DNA of 64,000 nt from a virus. The notes beneath the pieces were generated by a model that was given only the letters and a program-made list of their open reading frames with translations, had not been told where the DNA came from and made no database searches. Of the stretch, positions 19,031 to 28,354 are shown piece by piece. Made by a program: the position numbers and the translations under genes. Numbering within the stretch: position 1 is the stretch's first letter; every line of letters starts with the position of its first letter. The DNA is taken from the IMG/VR virus record IMGVR_UViG_3300043438_001221. One strand, 5' to 3'.

Positions 19031-19441
19031 TTATACTGTGAGTGATGCTCCCAACGTGAATAATTCATCAATTTCATCAGAATCTAATCCAAGCACTGTC
19101 GCAATATTGAGTATGGTTGGGGAATTTCTTTCGAAATTTGCCCCGTTTTGAAATGCAGTAATGGCCAATATCTTTTCAGCACCATCGGGAAGAGCGTTGA
19201 GAATTTGAACAACTGCATCATATAATGTTGCATCACCATAAGGAGTAAGCTTGAGTGCCGTATGTGCTTGCCAAGCCGATATAGAGTTTGACAATCCGTT
19301 TTTTAAACTCACTTCAAACTTATCAGCATTGTTAGAACTACCCTCCCAAATTGTATAAGGAGTGGATGTGGTAGTTCCTTCCGCATTATCAATACGTTCG
19401 ATAATTTCTTTAGTGTCTGCGTTGTAAATGATACGTGTCAT
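19031..19441 (-). CDS. tail-fibre-associated (chaperone-like) protein
   Basis: ISAWQA..AL...FERNSP.I..IA..LGL...IDELF pattern; directly after the repeat fibre gene. Confidence 0.55.
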   Translation of the reverse strand: MTRIIYNADTKEIIERIDNAEGTTTSTPYTIWEGSSNNADKFEVSLKNGLSNSISAWQAHTALKLTPYGDATLYDAVVQILNALPDGAEKILAITAFQNGANFERNSPTILNIATVLGLDSDEIDELFTLGASLTV

Positions 19442-19445
19442 GATA

Positions 19446-20720
19446 TTAGGCGTTAAGTGTTACCGTAGCTCCACGGGCAATGAGAGTATTTCGAGCAGTT
19501 ACGGCGGCGGGTGTTAGTGCGGCAAGACCAGAACTAGTTCCCCCTGATAAATTAACTGCCCTACCCGATCCCCATGTGGTTGTTCCGTTGGTTCCGTTGA
19601 GAGTTGCAAGAGCCACTAGAATGTTCTCAACACTAGCTTGGGTGAGGGCTGCACCAGTTATTGAGACGGGACCACCGATATTTTTAAGAGTTCCGTTTGT
19701 GGGTATAGTTACATTAGCCAATGATGGAGTGACGCTGGTAGAGATACCAGACCCAACAGTAACTAAAGCTGGAAGACTTAACGTAGTGAGGGACGACATG
19801 TTGTTTGGCGAAACGAATCCACCAACAGTAGTTAGAGCCGAGGCACTTAAAGTAGTGAGGGAACCCATAAATGCTGGGTTAAGATTACCCCCAACTGTAG
19901 TCAATGCTGGAATACTTAAAGTTGGGAGGGAAGCCATGTTGTTTGGGTTAAAACTACCCCCAACTGTAGTTAGAGCTGGAAGACTTATTACTGTGAGATT
20001 AGCTGCACTGGCAGGAGCAAACGTGGTTCCGACTGTAGTTAGAGCTGGAAGACTTATTACTGTGAGATTAGCTGCACTGGCAGGAGCAAACATGGTTCCA
20101 ACTGTGGTCAATACAGGTAAGTTAAAAGCGGTGAGAGACGGCATATTAGTAGGAATGATACCACCCCCCACAGTCATCAATGTTGGAAAACTCAAGGTAT
20201 TGAGTGTAGTCATATTGGTAGTGTTCAAACTCAACCTAATTGTAGATAGGGATGGGAAACTTAACGTGCTTAGAGAAGGAAGTGCGCTTGAAGTCAAATT
20301 ACCTCCGATGAAAGCCAGACTAGAAAGGTTTACACTAGAAAGTGTCGGTATATTAGTGGGGTTATAGTCATTGGCAATCATTACCAAATCAGGTAATGAG
20401 ATTCCCGTAAGTGTAGTTGCACCCAATTCATTAGGAGAAAATCCACTTACACATGGTTTTGGATCGGTGACTCCATTAGATGTGACAATACGTATATCTA
20501 ATGGGATTAGCATGATCGGTTGTGATGGTGTGCCTGTTAGTGTCATTATGGGCATACGAGAAGATTGTGATGCCTCAATTTGTTCATTGGCTCCAATGTT
20601 GGTGTATATCAATATATTACTAAGAGATGCGGTATAAGTATCCCCCGATTGGTTCAATATAAAACTCTCATGCCCATCGATGGGATTCGGTGCTACATCT
20701 AATTGGGAAATCTTTGGCAT
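19446..20720 (-). CDS. LRR/receptor-L-like solenoid protein, putative receptor-binding or decoration fibre
   Basis: About ten 23-aa repeats (LxxLSxPALTTVGG); start reassigned to MPKISQL at 20720 (TAAATA-5nt). Confidence 0.7.
   Translation of the reverse strand: MPKISQLDVAPNPIDGHESFILNQSGDTYTASLSNILIYTNIGANEQIEASQSSRMPIMTLTGTPSQPIMLIPLDIRIVTSNGVTDPKPCVSGFSPNELGATTLTGISLPDLVMIANDYNPTNIPTLSSVNLSSLAFIGGNLTSSALPSLSTLSFPSLSTIRLSLNTTNMTTLNTLSFPTLMTVGGGIIPTNMPSLTAFNLPVLTTVGTMFAPASAANLTVISLPALTTVGTTFAPASAANLTVISLPALTTVGGSFNPNNMASLPTLSIPALTTVGGNLNPAFMGSLTTLSASALTTVGGFVSPNNMSSLTTLSLPALVTVGSGISTSVTPSLANVTIPTNGTLKNIGGPVSITGAALTQASVENILVALATLNGTNGTTTWGSGRAVNLSGGTSSGLAALTPAAVTARNTLIARGATVTLNA
19963..20105. 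repeat. near-perfect 69-bp tandem duplication of one solenoid repeat
   Basis: Copies start at 19963 and 20032. Confidence 0.9.
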
Positions 20721-20772
20721 GGTAATATTTAACGATTGACATATCAAAAACTCTAAATAAATCCCTACATCA

Positions 20773-20994
20773 ATGAAGAAAAACACAATACTAAAAAAAT
20801 TGGAACTCCACGAAGAGAAAATCATAAAATCCATAACAGATTTACAGGATTTTCTTCATACCGTGGATGATGAGGAAATTTCTCAAATGGCAGACGATCT
20901 ATGTGAGACTTTACAAGAATGTCTATATGAGAATGACATTTGCAATTTGGAAAACATCAGGGAATTTGTAGAAAACGTATATGAACAAGCTTAA
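20773..20994 (+). CDS. hypothetical acidic protein
   Basis: First gene of the sugar/clamp-loader run. Confidence 0.55.
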   Translation: MKKNTILKKLELHEEKIIKSITDLQDFLHTVDDEEISQMADDLCETLQECLYENDICNLENIREFVENVYEQA

Positions 20995-21898
20995 TTTATT
21001 AATTTTAGGAAAGGGTTACGTTGGTAATCATCTTCACAATCATTTGAAAAATGATTTCAATGTGATTATTAGATCGGCGGAAGAAATAGATTACCATAAA
21101 ATGGAAATCCTTCATAAATTTCTTCTCAATAATGATATTGACACCGTAATAAATTGTTCGGGTTTCACTGGAAGACCCAATATCGATGAAGCGGAGAGAA
21201 AAAAAGAACTTTGCTGGGAACTCAACACCGCTTCCCCTCTAAGGATAAATACCGTATGCAATTTGAGAGGTGTTAATTATCTTCATGTTTCATCCGGCTG
21301 TGTTTATGATGGTTATGAAAAGGTGTGGAATGAGGAAGATTCCCCGAATTATGGATTATTCTGTAATAGAGCTTCATTCTATTCCAAATCCAAACATGCC
21401 TTTGAAAACCTATCAAAAACCATGGATAACGTAATTCTACGGGTTCGTATGCCATTTCATTATGAATCATCCGGTAGGAATTATCTGGATAAGATTCGCC
21501 AATACAACGATCTGATCAATTTCCGCAATTCCAAGACATATATTCCCGATTTCTGCGAATTCGTAAAGAATCTCTTGATTAAAAAAGTTGGTAAATGGAA
21601 AGGACAGGATATTTATAATGTCATCAATCCGGGAGCATTGACTACTCAGGAAGTATGTGATACCATGAAAGAATACGGATTCCACAACGATAATTGGAAA
21701 TTTGTATATCTTGCCGATCTTCCCATTGCCACTGGTAGGAGCAATTGCGTTCTGGATGGCTCAAAATCAAAAGAAATCTACGAGATGAGATTTGAGAAAG
21801 ATGTGATGAAAGAGTGCTTTGAGAAAATGCTTGAGAAACAAGCGGAAGATAAAAGAATTAAAAACGAAATAGAGGAGAAATATGCAAGAAATGATTAA
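20981..21898 (+). CDS. NDP-4-keto-6-deoxyglucose 3,5-epimerase/4-reductase (NRS/ER-type, RmlD-like SDR)
   Basis: GxGxxG, TGRPNID, SGCVY, SFYSKSK (YxxxK), LRVRMP. Confidence 0.8.
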   Translation: MNKLNLLILGKGYVGNHLHNHLKNDFNVIIRSAEEIDYHKMEILHKFLLNNDIDTVINCSGFTGRPNIDEAERKKELCWELNTASPLRINTVCNLRGVNYLHVSSGCVYDGYEKVWNEEDSPNYGLFCNRASFYSKSKHAFENLSKTMDNVILRVRMPFHYESSGRNYLDKIRQYNDLINFRNSKTYIPDFCEFVKNLLIKKVGKWKGQDIYNVINPGALTTQEVCDTMKEYGFHNDNWKFVYLADLPIATGRSNCVLDGSKSKEIYEMRFEKDVMKECFEKMLEKQAEDKRIKNEIEEKYARND

Positions 21899-22634
21899 AC
21901 GTGGAATTGTGCTTTCTGGAGGAAAAGCCACGAGATTATACCCGATTACCAAGGTTATATCGAAGCAACTTTTACCAATTTTCAACAAGCCCTGCATCGC
22001 ATTTCCACTTCAAACGCTGAAAGATATGGGATATTTTGATATTCTCATCATTAATGCCGACGAGGATCAACAGAAACAATTCAAGATTCTACTTGGAGAT
22101 GGGAGTAAATTCGGATTAAATCTATCATACGCAATCCAAGATTCTCCCAAAGGATTAGTCGATGCTTTTATCGTTGGGGAAGAATTTGTCAAAGATGCAG
22201 ATGAAATCTGCCTGATTCTTGGTGATAATGTTATTATTGGTAATTCCCCAATACAACCACAACCGAACACCATCTACACATATAAAGTGAAAGACCCATC
22301 CGCCTATGGTGTGGTTGAAACAGATGAAGATGGCAATATTATTCAAATTGTGGAGAAACCGAAAGAATTTATTTCCGAAGATGCAGTGATTGGTCTTTAT
22401 GTGTTTTCCAATGAAGTTGTGGAAATGGCTAAGAAAGTCAAACCATCTGCTAGAGGAGAACTGGAAATTGTTGACCTGATTCGCATGATGAATGATAAAG
22501 AAGGTGTTGGTGTTGAGAAATTGGATGGATTTTGGTTCGACATTGGTGACACTAATTCGCTCCTAGACTGTGCAAATTTGGTTCGGACTATTGACAATCG
22601 CTCAAACCATGCTATTGGTTTGGTAGGCATATGA
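21882..22634 (+). CDS. rmlA: glucose-1-phosphate thymidylyltransferase
   Basis: GIVLSGGKATRLYPIT...SKQLLP, LILGDN, EKP, SARGELEI. Confidence 0.92.
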   Translation: MQEMIKRGIVLSGGKATRLYPITKVISKQLLPIFNKPCIAFPLQTLKDMGYFDILIINADEDQQKQFKILLGDGSKFGLNLSYAIQDSPKGLVDAFIVGEEFVKDADEICLILGDNVIIGNSPIQPQPNTIYTYKVKDPSAYGVVETDEDGNIIQIVEKPKEFISEDAVIGLYVFSNEVVEMAKKVKPSARGELEIVDLIRMMNDKEGVGVEKLDGFWFDIGDTNSLLDCANLVRTIDNRSNHAIGLVGI

Positions 22635-23545
22635 GCAATCCTTGGACAGAACGTTACAGACCACAGACGCTAGACGATTTAATGGTGGATGATACCACCA
22701 GAAAAATCATTGAAGATTTTGGCAAAGATGTTCCAAATCTATTATTGACGGGGGTTTGTGGTGTTGGTAAGACAACCTTGGCTAAAATATTGGCAAAGGA
22801 TATCCTGAATTGTGATTATCTTTATATCAATGCTTCGGATGAGAATGGTGTGGACACAATCAGGGACAAAGTTATCGGGTTCTCTCAAACGAAGAGTTTT
22901 GATGGGGGATTGAAAATCGTCATTTTGGATGAGGCTGATTATCTCTCAAAAAGTTCCATGGCTATCTTGAGGAATGTGATGGAATCCTATTCATCCACCA
23001 CACGCTTCATCCTCACAGGCAATTACAAACATCGCATCATTCCCGCCCTACAATCGCGTTGCCAGAGTCTCACACTTCATACATCCCTGAGAGATGTCAC
23101 CCGTAGGTGTCTGGAGATTCTTAAAAAAGAAAATGTTGAGATTCCGAATGAACAAAAGAAACCTTTGGTTGCTCTGATCAAAAGCCATTATCCTGATATC
23201 AGGAAATGTATCAACGAATTGGAAAAATATTCCAAATCGGGGATTCTCTCCATTGAGACGAAAAAGGATACCAATCAGGTGATGGATTTGATCTACACCA
23301 ATCTCAAATCGGGAGATACCCTGAAAACCCGCAAATTCCTGATTGAAAATGAGGAATTATTTGATTCCGATCATGAATCACTGTTGAAAGACCTGTTGAA
23401 TTATTTCTACGATCTCTCCATGGATGATACAACAAAAAAACAGGCTATCCTTATCATTGCGGAAAGCCTGTTTAAGATGATGTCCGTTACGGACAGGGAG
23501 ATTTGTGCTATTGCTTGCTTGTTACAGCTTGAGGAATTGTTTTAA
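22631..23545 (+). CDS. gp44: clamp loader AAA+ subunit
   Basis: PWTERYRP, GVGKTT, INASDE, LDEAD, LQSRC. Confidence 0.93.
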   Translation: MSNPWTERYRPQTLDDLMVDDTTRKIIEDFGKDVPNLLLTGVCGVGKTTLAKILAKDILNCDYLYINASDENGVDTIRDKVIGFSQTKSFDGGLKIVILDEADYLSKSSMAILRNVMESYSSTTRFILTGNYKHRIIPALQSRCQSLTLHTSLRDVTRRCLEILKKENVEIPNEQKKPLVALIKSHYPDIRKCINELEKYSKSGILSIETKKDTNQVMDLIYTNLKSGDTLKTRKFLIENEELFDSDHESLLKDLLNYFYDLSMDDTTKKQAILIIAESLFKMMSVTDREICAIACLLQLEELF

Positions 23546-24138
23546 CGATCCCAAAACATTTTATCCAAGTCTTCTTCCTGTTCGGGAGCAGCATATTTGG
23601 CAAAGGGGTCTTTCCGCACCTTACCTTTACGGGGATTGGCAGTTGGTTGTGCTTTAGGCTTCTTTTTGATTGCTTTTTTATAAGAATAATCCACGGGATT
23701 TTCCGGCTCATCTTCATCAGGCTCCGGTTTAGACGCTTGCTGTTTGGGTAATGGGGGCGGGGTTGCATTGATACCAGACACGATTTCAATGTTACCAATG
23801 TCCAGACCAAGCTTTTTGATATCATTTTTGATATCAGCAACAAACGAGTCAATACGTTTGTCAATATTCTTTTGAAGATACTGGACTTTGGCATTATGAC
23901 CGGAAACCATACCTTCTCCAGCGGATCGTTGACCTTGTTGGGATAATTCTTTACCTTTTTCTTTACCAGCCATCGTCAGAGCAGAACCAGCAGCTTGTTG
24001 AAAGCCACCTTTGATTTGTTGCCCCACACCTTTGGCGGAACCCAAAGCTTCGGCTCCCCGTGCCTTGAGACGATCCATCCATCCTTCCTCAAGAAGTTCT
24101 TCCAAATTGCGCTGATCGTTGTTATTATATTGTGCCAT
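23542..24138 (-). CDS. late hypothetical protein (possible head-internal)
   Basis: TAAATA-5nt-ATG; LLEEGWMDRLKAR. Confidence 0.65.
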   Translation of the reverse strand: MAQYNNNDQRNLEELLEEGWMDRLKARGAEALGSAKGVGQQIKGGFQQAAGSALTMAGKEKGKELSQQGQRSAGEGMVSGHNAKVQYLQKNIDKRIDSFVADIKNDIKKLGLDIGNIEIVSGINATPPPLPKQQASKPEPDEDEPENPVDYSYKKAIKKKPKAQPTANPRKGKVRKDPFAKYAAPEQEEDLDKMFWDR

Positions 24139-24146
24139 AATGTTAT

Positions 24147-24701
24147 TTAAGCTTTTCTGGATTCCATATAGATATCGGCAAGTTCCTTAGTATAGTCCCA
24201 AGCCTTGGATTCTCCCGCCAATTTCAGATCGGTGGGGGTATTCTTACCATTTCCCTTGTCAGTGACGTTGGTGATGATCTTCGGATCAATTTTTAAGGGC
24301 TTGGGCTTGATAATGACCGTATCCTTGCGCTTGAATTGATCGGGAACTGGAATTCCTGCGCTCACATCCACCATATCAACCATATCGGGACAGACAACCA
24401 CTCTACCATAAGTTCTACCGCCACCATGATCGGCAGCAATGGTGAGAACGATCTGTGATGCTGGTTTGAATTGATTTCCAATGGAATATCCTGATTGCTT
24501 GTCTCCAACTTGGACGACTTTGATGTTCAATCCGCAAGTCGCCAATTCATCCACTTCATTTTTCAAAGGGGTTGGCATATACTTGTATGTTTCGGTGTTT
24601 TTATAACCATCACGAAATTTTACTATATCGCCCGGCAAAAAACCTCCCGCTTCAGAACGCTGAATCACACTCTCATACACAAAATCAAATTTCTTACCCA
24701 T
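24147..24701 (-). CDS. late hypothetical protein
   Basis: TAAATA-5nt-ATG; MGKKFDFVYES. Confidence 0.65.
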   Translation of the reverse strand: MGKKFDFVYESVIQRSEAGGFLPGDIVKFRDGYKNTETYKYMPTPLKNEVDELATCGLNIKVVQVGDKQSGYSIGNQFKPASQIVLTIAADHGGGRTYGRVVVCPDMVDMVDVSAGIPVPDQFKRKDTVIIKPKPLKIDPKIITNVTDKGNGKNTPTDLKLAGESKAWDYTKELADIYMESRKA

Positions 24702-24724
24702 ATTATTATTTAGCTATATACAGA

Positions 24725-25639
24725 CTATTTACCCATTTCCTCCAATCTTTTTATTCTATTATTCTTTCTAGCTTGTAACATTTTAATTTTTTGTTCCTCT
24801 GAGATTCCTCTATTTTTAGCGGATATTCTCATTTTTTCTTTAGATTCCTCCGACATTTTCTTACCTTTTTGAGATTCTCCTATTTTTCTTTTATGTTCTT
24901 CGGTATGTTTCCTCCCCATTATTTTTTGTCTATGCTCTTCTGTCCATTTTTTACCCAAACGGGCTTTTCTCGCCTTTTCAGCATGTTCGGGCGATAATTT
25001 TCTACCCCTAAGCTTATTTTTATGTTCTTCGGAAAGTTTTTTTCCCATATTAGCTTGTCTCAATTTTTCTATGGTTTCTGGCGATTTAACTCTTCCAGTG
25101 TGTAATATTCTCAATTTTTCTTTTGTTTCATCAGAATGTTTCTTACCTATGTTAGCTTGTCGAACCTTTTCTTTATGTTCTTCTGTTAATTTTTTACCTA
25201 ATTGTGCTTGTCTCATCTTTTTTTTAGTTTCTTCAGAAAACGTTCTACCCAATAATGATTGTCTAATATTTTCTCTGTGTTTATCTGATAAAGGCTTACC
25301 ACCAGTATCCGTTGAATACTCACATATATTATATCCTTTATCATGATTAGTAGATTCAAATAATTTGATGTAGTATGATTCCCTATCAAGTAACCGATCA
25401 TTATCACCAACACCATCAAAATTTTCAAAAATCTCTAAAATCTCAACTGAGAAATTCTCCCAACCATGTTTTGTTATAGCATTCTGTAAGCGATATTTAT
25501 TAGTGGTAAATTTAGCACAATTTTTGTGTCTATTAATTCTTTTATATAAATTAGTAGCTTTGCCGATATACACCTTGCCATTGTTATTACAGATTAATTT
25601 GTATATTCCCGCCGATTCTGGATATTCTCTTACTCTCAT
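24725..25639 (-). CDS. free-standing GIY-YIG homing endonuclease with many NUMOD3 repeats
   Basis: GIYKLI...KVYIG, GYNI, repeated G(K/R)xxS(E/D)E(H/T)K. Confidence 0.92.
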   Translation of the reverse strand: MRVREYPESAGIYKLICNNNGKVYIGKATNLYKRINRHKNCAKFTTNKYRLQNAITKHGWENFSVEILEIFENFDGVGDNDRLLDRESYYIKLFESTNHDKGYNICEYSTDTGGKPLSDKHRENIRQSLLGRTFSEETKKKMRQAQLGKKLTEEHKEKVRQANIGKKHSDETKEKLRILHTGRVKSPETIEKLRQANMGKKLSEEHKNKLRGRKLSPEHAEKARKARLGKKWTEEHRQKIMGRKHTEEHKRKIGESQKGKKMSEESKEKMRISAKNRGISEEQKIKMLQARKNNRIKRLEEMGK

Positions 25640-25753
25640 GTATATATTTAGTCATAATATCAATTTTATCTATCCACCAATCATATTACCCCTTATTACT
25701 AATTCATAAATTATCATAAAACACAAATTTAGTCATTTACTCTAAATATTAAC

Positions 25754-27562
25754 ATGAAATTCGATGATCTATATAATTTGGCACTGGAAGCAAAGGACGC
25801 TCGTGGAGGAAATGCGTATTTTAGGGCGCAACAAAATATAGGACCACAGAATATCAGTGGGCAACAAGCTGGTATTACAGCCGATGGGGGAGTTGCTGGT
25901 GCATCCTCTTCCGGTGGGTATTCTGCCAGTCCTGTAGGTAAAGTGGATAACTTTGAAAAACAAAAACCAATAGATCAGATGAAAAAATATCTTTTCGATC
26001 CATCCAAAGTCAAAGGTGATGGTCTGAGAGATACATATGAGTTGGAAGCTGAAAATAAAAAACGGATGAGAAATGCGTTTTCCTTGCTTTTCAATTCCAA
26101 GAATTTCTTTTCAGAATTTAAAAATATTTATAAAAATTACCTTACAAGAGATAGCATTTCACTGGCAGATGAGAAAGAATGGAATCGTCTGAAAGACGAA
26201 GTGAATGCCAGAGCATCCAAAACAACACAATTTCGTTCAGAACTGGATGGTGTGAACAAGTTACTTGCCGATGCTGAAAACGCTGGGATGAAAATATCCG
26301 AAATACAAGCATATATTAAAAGTTTAAAAGCGAAGAAATCGGGAACAAAAAACAAGGAACGAAGAGATAGCTTGCAAGATGAAATAGATTCTGCTGAAAT
26401 CGATATCAGCAATCTCAAGAATTCCGCGAAAATGTCCAGTATTGATGGGTATCGGAAGCAATCCAAAAAGGCGAAGGATGCATTGGTGTCGGAAACCGAA
26501 AGGGAAATGATTGCTAGAGATGCCCTCACTGAAATTGAAAATAAAATAAGCTCAGTCACAGCAAATAATAAAAAATCAAGTGATAATGTCATCATGTTGG
26601 TGAAGAAACTTATTAAAAACAAAGCAGAAGGGTTGCTTGATCGCTACATGATTGAAAACAACATCTCCGATGAGGAGATTGATTCCAAAAACGTGGATTT
26701 CGCCAATGTTCCACAAGACCTCGTATCCAAATTGAAATTGCTTAAAGAATTAACAACCGATGACAACCCGATTTTCGCTTTCATAGATTACCATGACGAG
26801 GAATTTGGGAAAAGGTTGGAAGAATTTGATGATAAATTACTGAACACCAATATCAACATTGGATCAATGAGAATGTTTGATAAATTACCAGCCAAAATTC
26901 TTGGAAAATACTTCTCCAGTGTTGCTGGAACTGGAATGGAGCGTAAAGTGATTCCTCTGGAAAATCTAGATGCTGATACTGGTTATTTGGCAATCGATTC
27001 TTTCATCAAGAAATTGGAACAGATTAACACCAAAGAACAGTGGGAAGCTGCAAAACCGGAGTTGAAGAAACTTGTCAAGGATTTGCCGCTCAAGAAACCA
27101 TCCAAAGATGTTGTCCTTTCAAGACTCAAGGGATTTTGGTCGGTGTCAAGAAGTGGTGCCAATAGCGCAAAGCAATTGCTGACCACGTTGCAACAAATGA
27201 GAAATGAGGAAATGGTGAATGAATCCTTTGATGAATTGGCAAACAAATACGCGTCATCCTTCAATGTTGATATCAACGATTTCATGATCGATCTTCAGGA
27301 AGTTGCAGTGTTTTTAGAAAAATCGAAGAAATGCACCAAGGTTACTCAAAAAGCATCCAGTGATCGTAAGGGTAAAAAATATACTAAGTGTGTAAAAGAC
27401 CCTGATGGTTCTGGTTATAAAAGAATCCATTTTGGACAAAAGGGTGTGAAAGCAACTGGTGATAGTGGAAACACCGATAGAAAGAAAGCGTTTCGAGCAA
27501 GACATGGTTGTGATAAAGCAAAACCCGGAACTCCAAAAGCTGAAAGCTGTAAGAATTGGTAA
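25754..27562 (+). CDS. large late coiled-coil protein with basic Cys/His C-terminal domain
   Basis: MKFDDLYNLALE start; C-terminal IHFGQKG...RKKAFRARHGC...SCKNW. Confidence 0.7.
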   Translation: MKFDDLYNLALEAKDARGGNAYFRAQQNIGPQNISGQQAGITADGGVAGASSSGGYSASPVGKVDNFEKQKPIDQMKKYLFDPSKVKGDGLRDTYELEAENKKRMRNAFSLLFNSKNFFSEFKNIYKNYLTRDSISLADEKEWNRLKDEVNARASKTTQFRSELDGVNKLLADAENAGMKISEIQAYIKSLKAKKSGTKNKERRDSLQDEIDSAEIDISNLKNSAKMSSIDGYRKQSKKAKDALVSETEREMIARDALTEIENKISSVTANNKKSSDNVIMLVKKLIKNKAEGLLDRYMIENNISDEEIDSKNVDFANVPQDLVSKLKLLKELTTDDNPIFAFIDYHDEEFGKRLEEFDDKLLNTNINIGSMRMFDKLPAKILGKYFSSVAGTGMERKVIPLENLDADTGYLAIDSFIKKLEQINTKEQWEAAKPELKKLVKDLPLKKPSKDVVLSRLKGFWSVSRSGANSAKQLLTTLQQMRNEEMVNESFDELANKYASSFNVDINDFMIDLQEVAVFLEKSKKCTKVTQKASSDRKGKKYTKCVKDPDGSGYKRIHFGQKGVKATGDSGNTDRKKAFRARHGCDKAKPGTPKAESCKNW

Positions 27563-28048
27563 ATGAACATCAAAATCAAATCACTCCAAGCATCCAAGAT
27601 TGACGAAGCATCTCTGAAACAAGATTATTTGTATAAAGATGTGTCGTTTGATCTGGAACCGTCATATTCTTTCAACAACCAACTCAACCGTAAAGAGCAA
27701 TTGAAAGATATTCAAGCTATTTTCGATGTGGAAGCCATCAAGACAAGCATTTCCAACGCATTCCTGACATCTCCCGGTCAAAAGATACTCAATCCGACCT
27801 TTGGTATTGATCTGAGACGCTATCTGTTTGAACCCGTGGATGAATTCACAGCGGAAGACATTCAGGATGACATTGAAAGGAAATTACCCCGTTCGGAACC
27901 ACGCATTGTCGTGAGAAACGTGAGCGTTGTGGGTAATGAGGATTTACAGGAATATGATGTGTCTCTGCAAATTGATGTCCCGTCTCTGGGTGTTAAGGGA
28001 CTTTCCCTGAAATCGAAGTTGAATTCCACAGGTTATTCAATTATTTGA
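27563..28048 (+). CDS. gp25: baseplate wedge protein gp25
   Basis: AIKTSISN..LT.PG....P.FG..L..YLFEP, EPRI. Confidence 0.9.
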   Translation: MNIKIKSLQASKIDEASLKQDYLYKDVSFDLEPSYSFNNQLNRKEQLKDIQAIFDVEAIKTSISNAFLTSPGQKILNPTFGIDLRRYLFEPVDEFTAEDIQDDIERKLPRSEPRIVVRNVSVVGNEDLQEYDVSLQIDVPSLGVKGLSLKSKLNSTGYSII

Positions 28049-28283
28049 ATTGTTTTGGGGATTGATTGAGGCGACCGATCACAACCCGTAGCCACAGAAC
28101 ACAAAATTGCCAAAGAACCACACCATCCTTTGCTTGGGATCGACATATTGTAAATAAATGTGTTTGTCGCGTCTCATTAACATCGTATAATGTGTTATAC
28201 CATAGTGTTCGGCTCATAGTGATGTCGATCATTAATTCATAAATGTGGACGTTGGCAATTTTTATCAGAGATTCATTTTTCAT
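28041..28283 (-). CDS. small antisense accessory ORF with its own sigma70-like promoter
   Basis: TTGACT-16nt-TATAAT-6nt-ATG. Confidence 0.55.
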   Translation of the reverse strand: MKNESLIKIANVHIYELMIDITMSRTLWYNTLYDVNETRQTHLFTICRSQAKDGVVLWQFCVLWLRVVIGRLNQSPKQFK

Positions 28284-28354
28284 ACCCGCATTATATCCTA
28301 TTTTTTAAAGAAGTCAATCTTGGAGATATTCAGCTTCACCATTAAATAATTCTG

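Noticed and set aside
19480-20367. 295-aa plus-strand repeat ORF
   Set aside because: Mirror of the solenoid repeats on the minus strand
20721-20834. Hydrophobic N-terminal extension of the 19446 ORF that looks like a signal peptide
   Set aside because: Overlaps the divergent 20773 gene; the late box places the start at 20720
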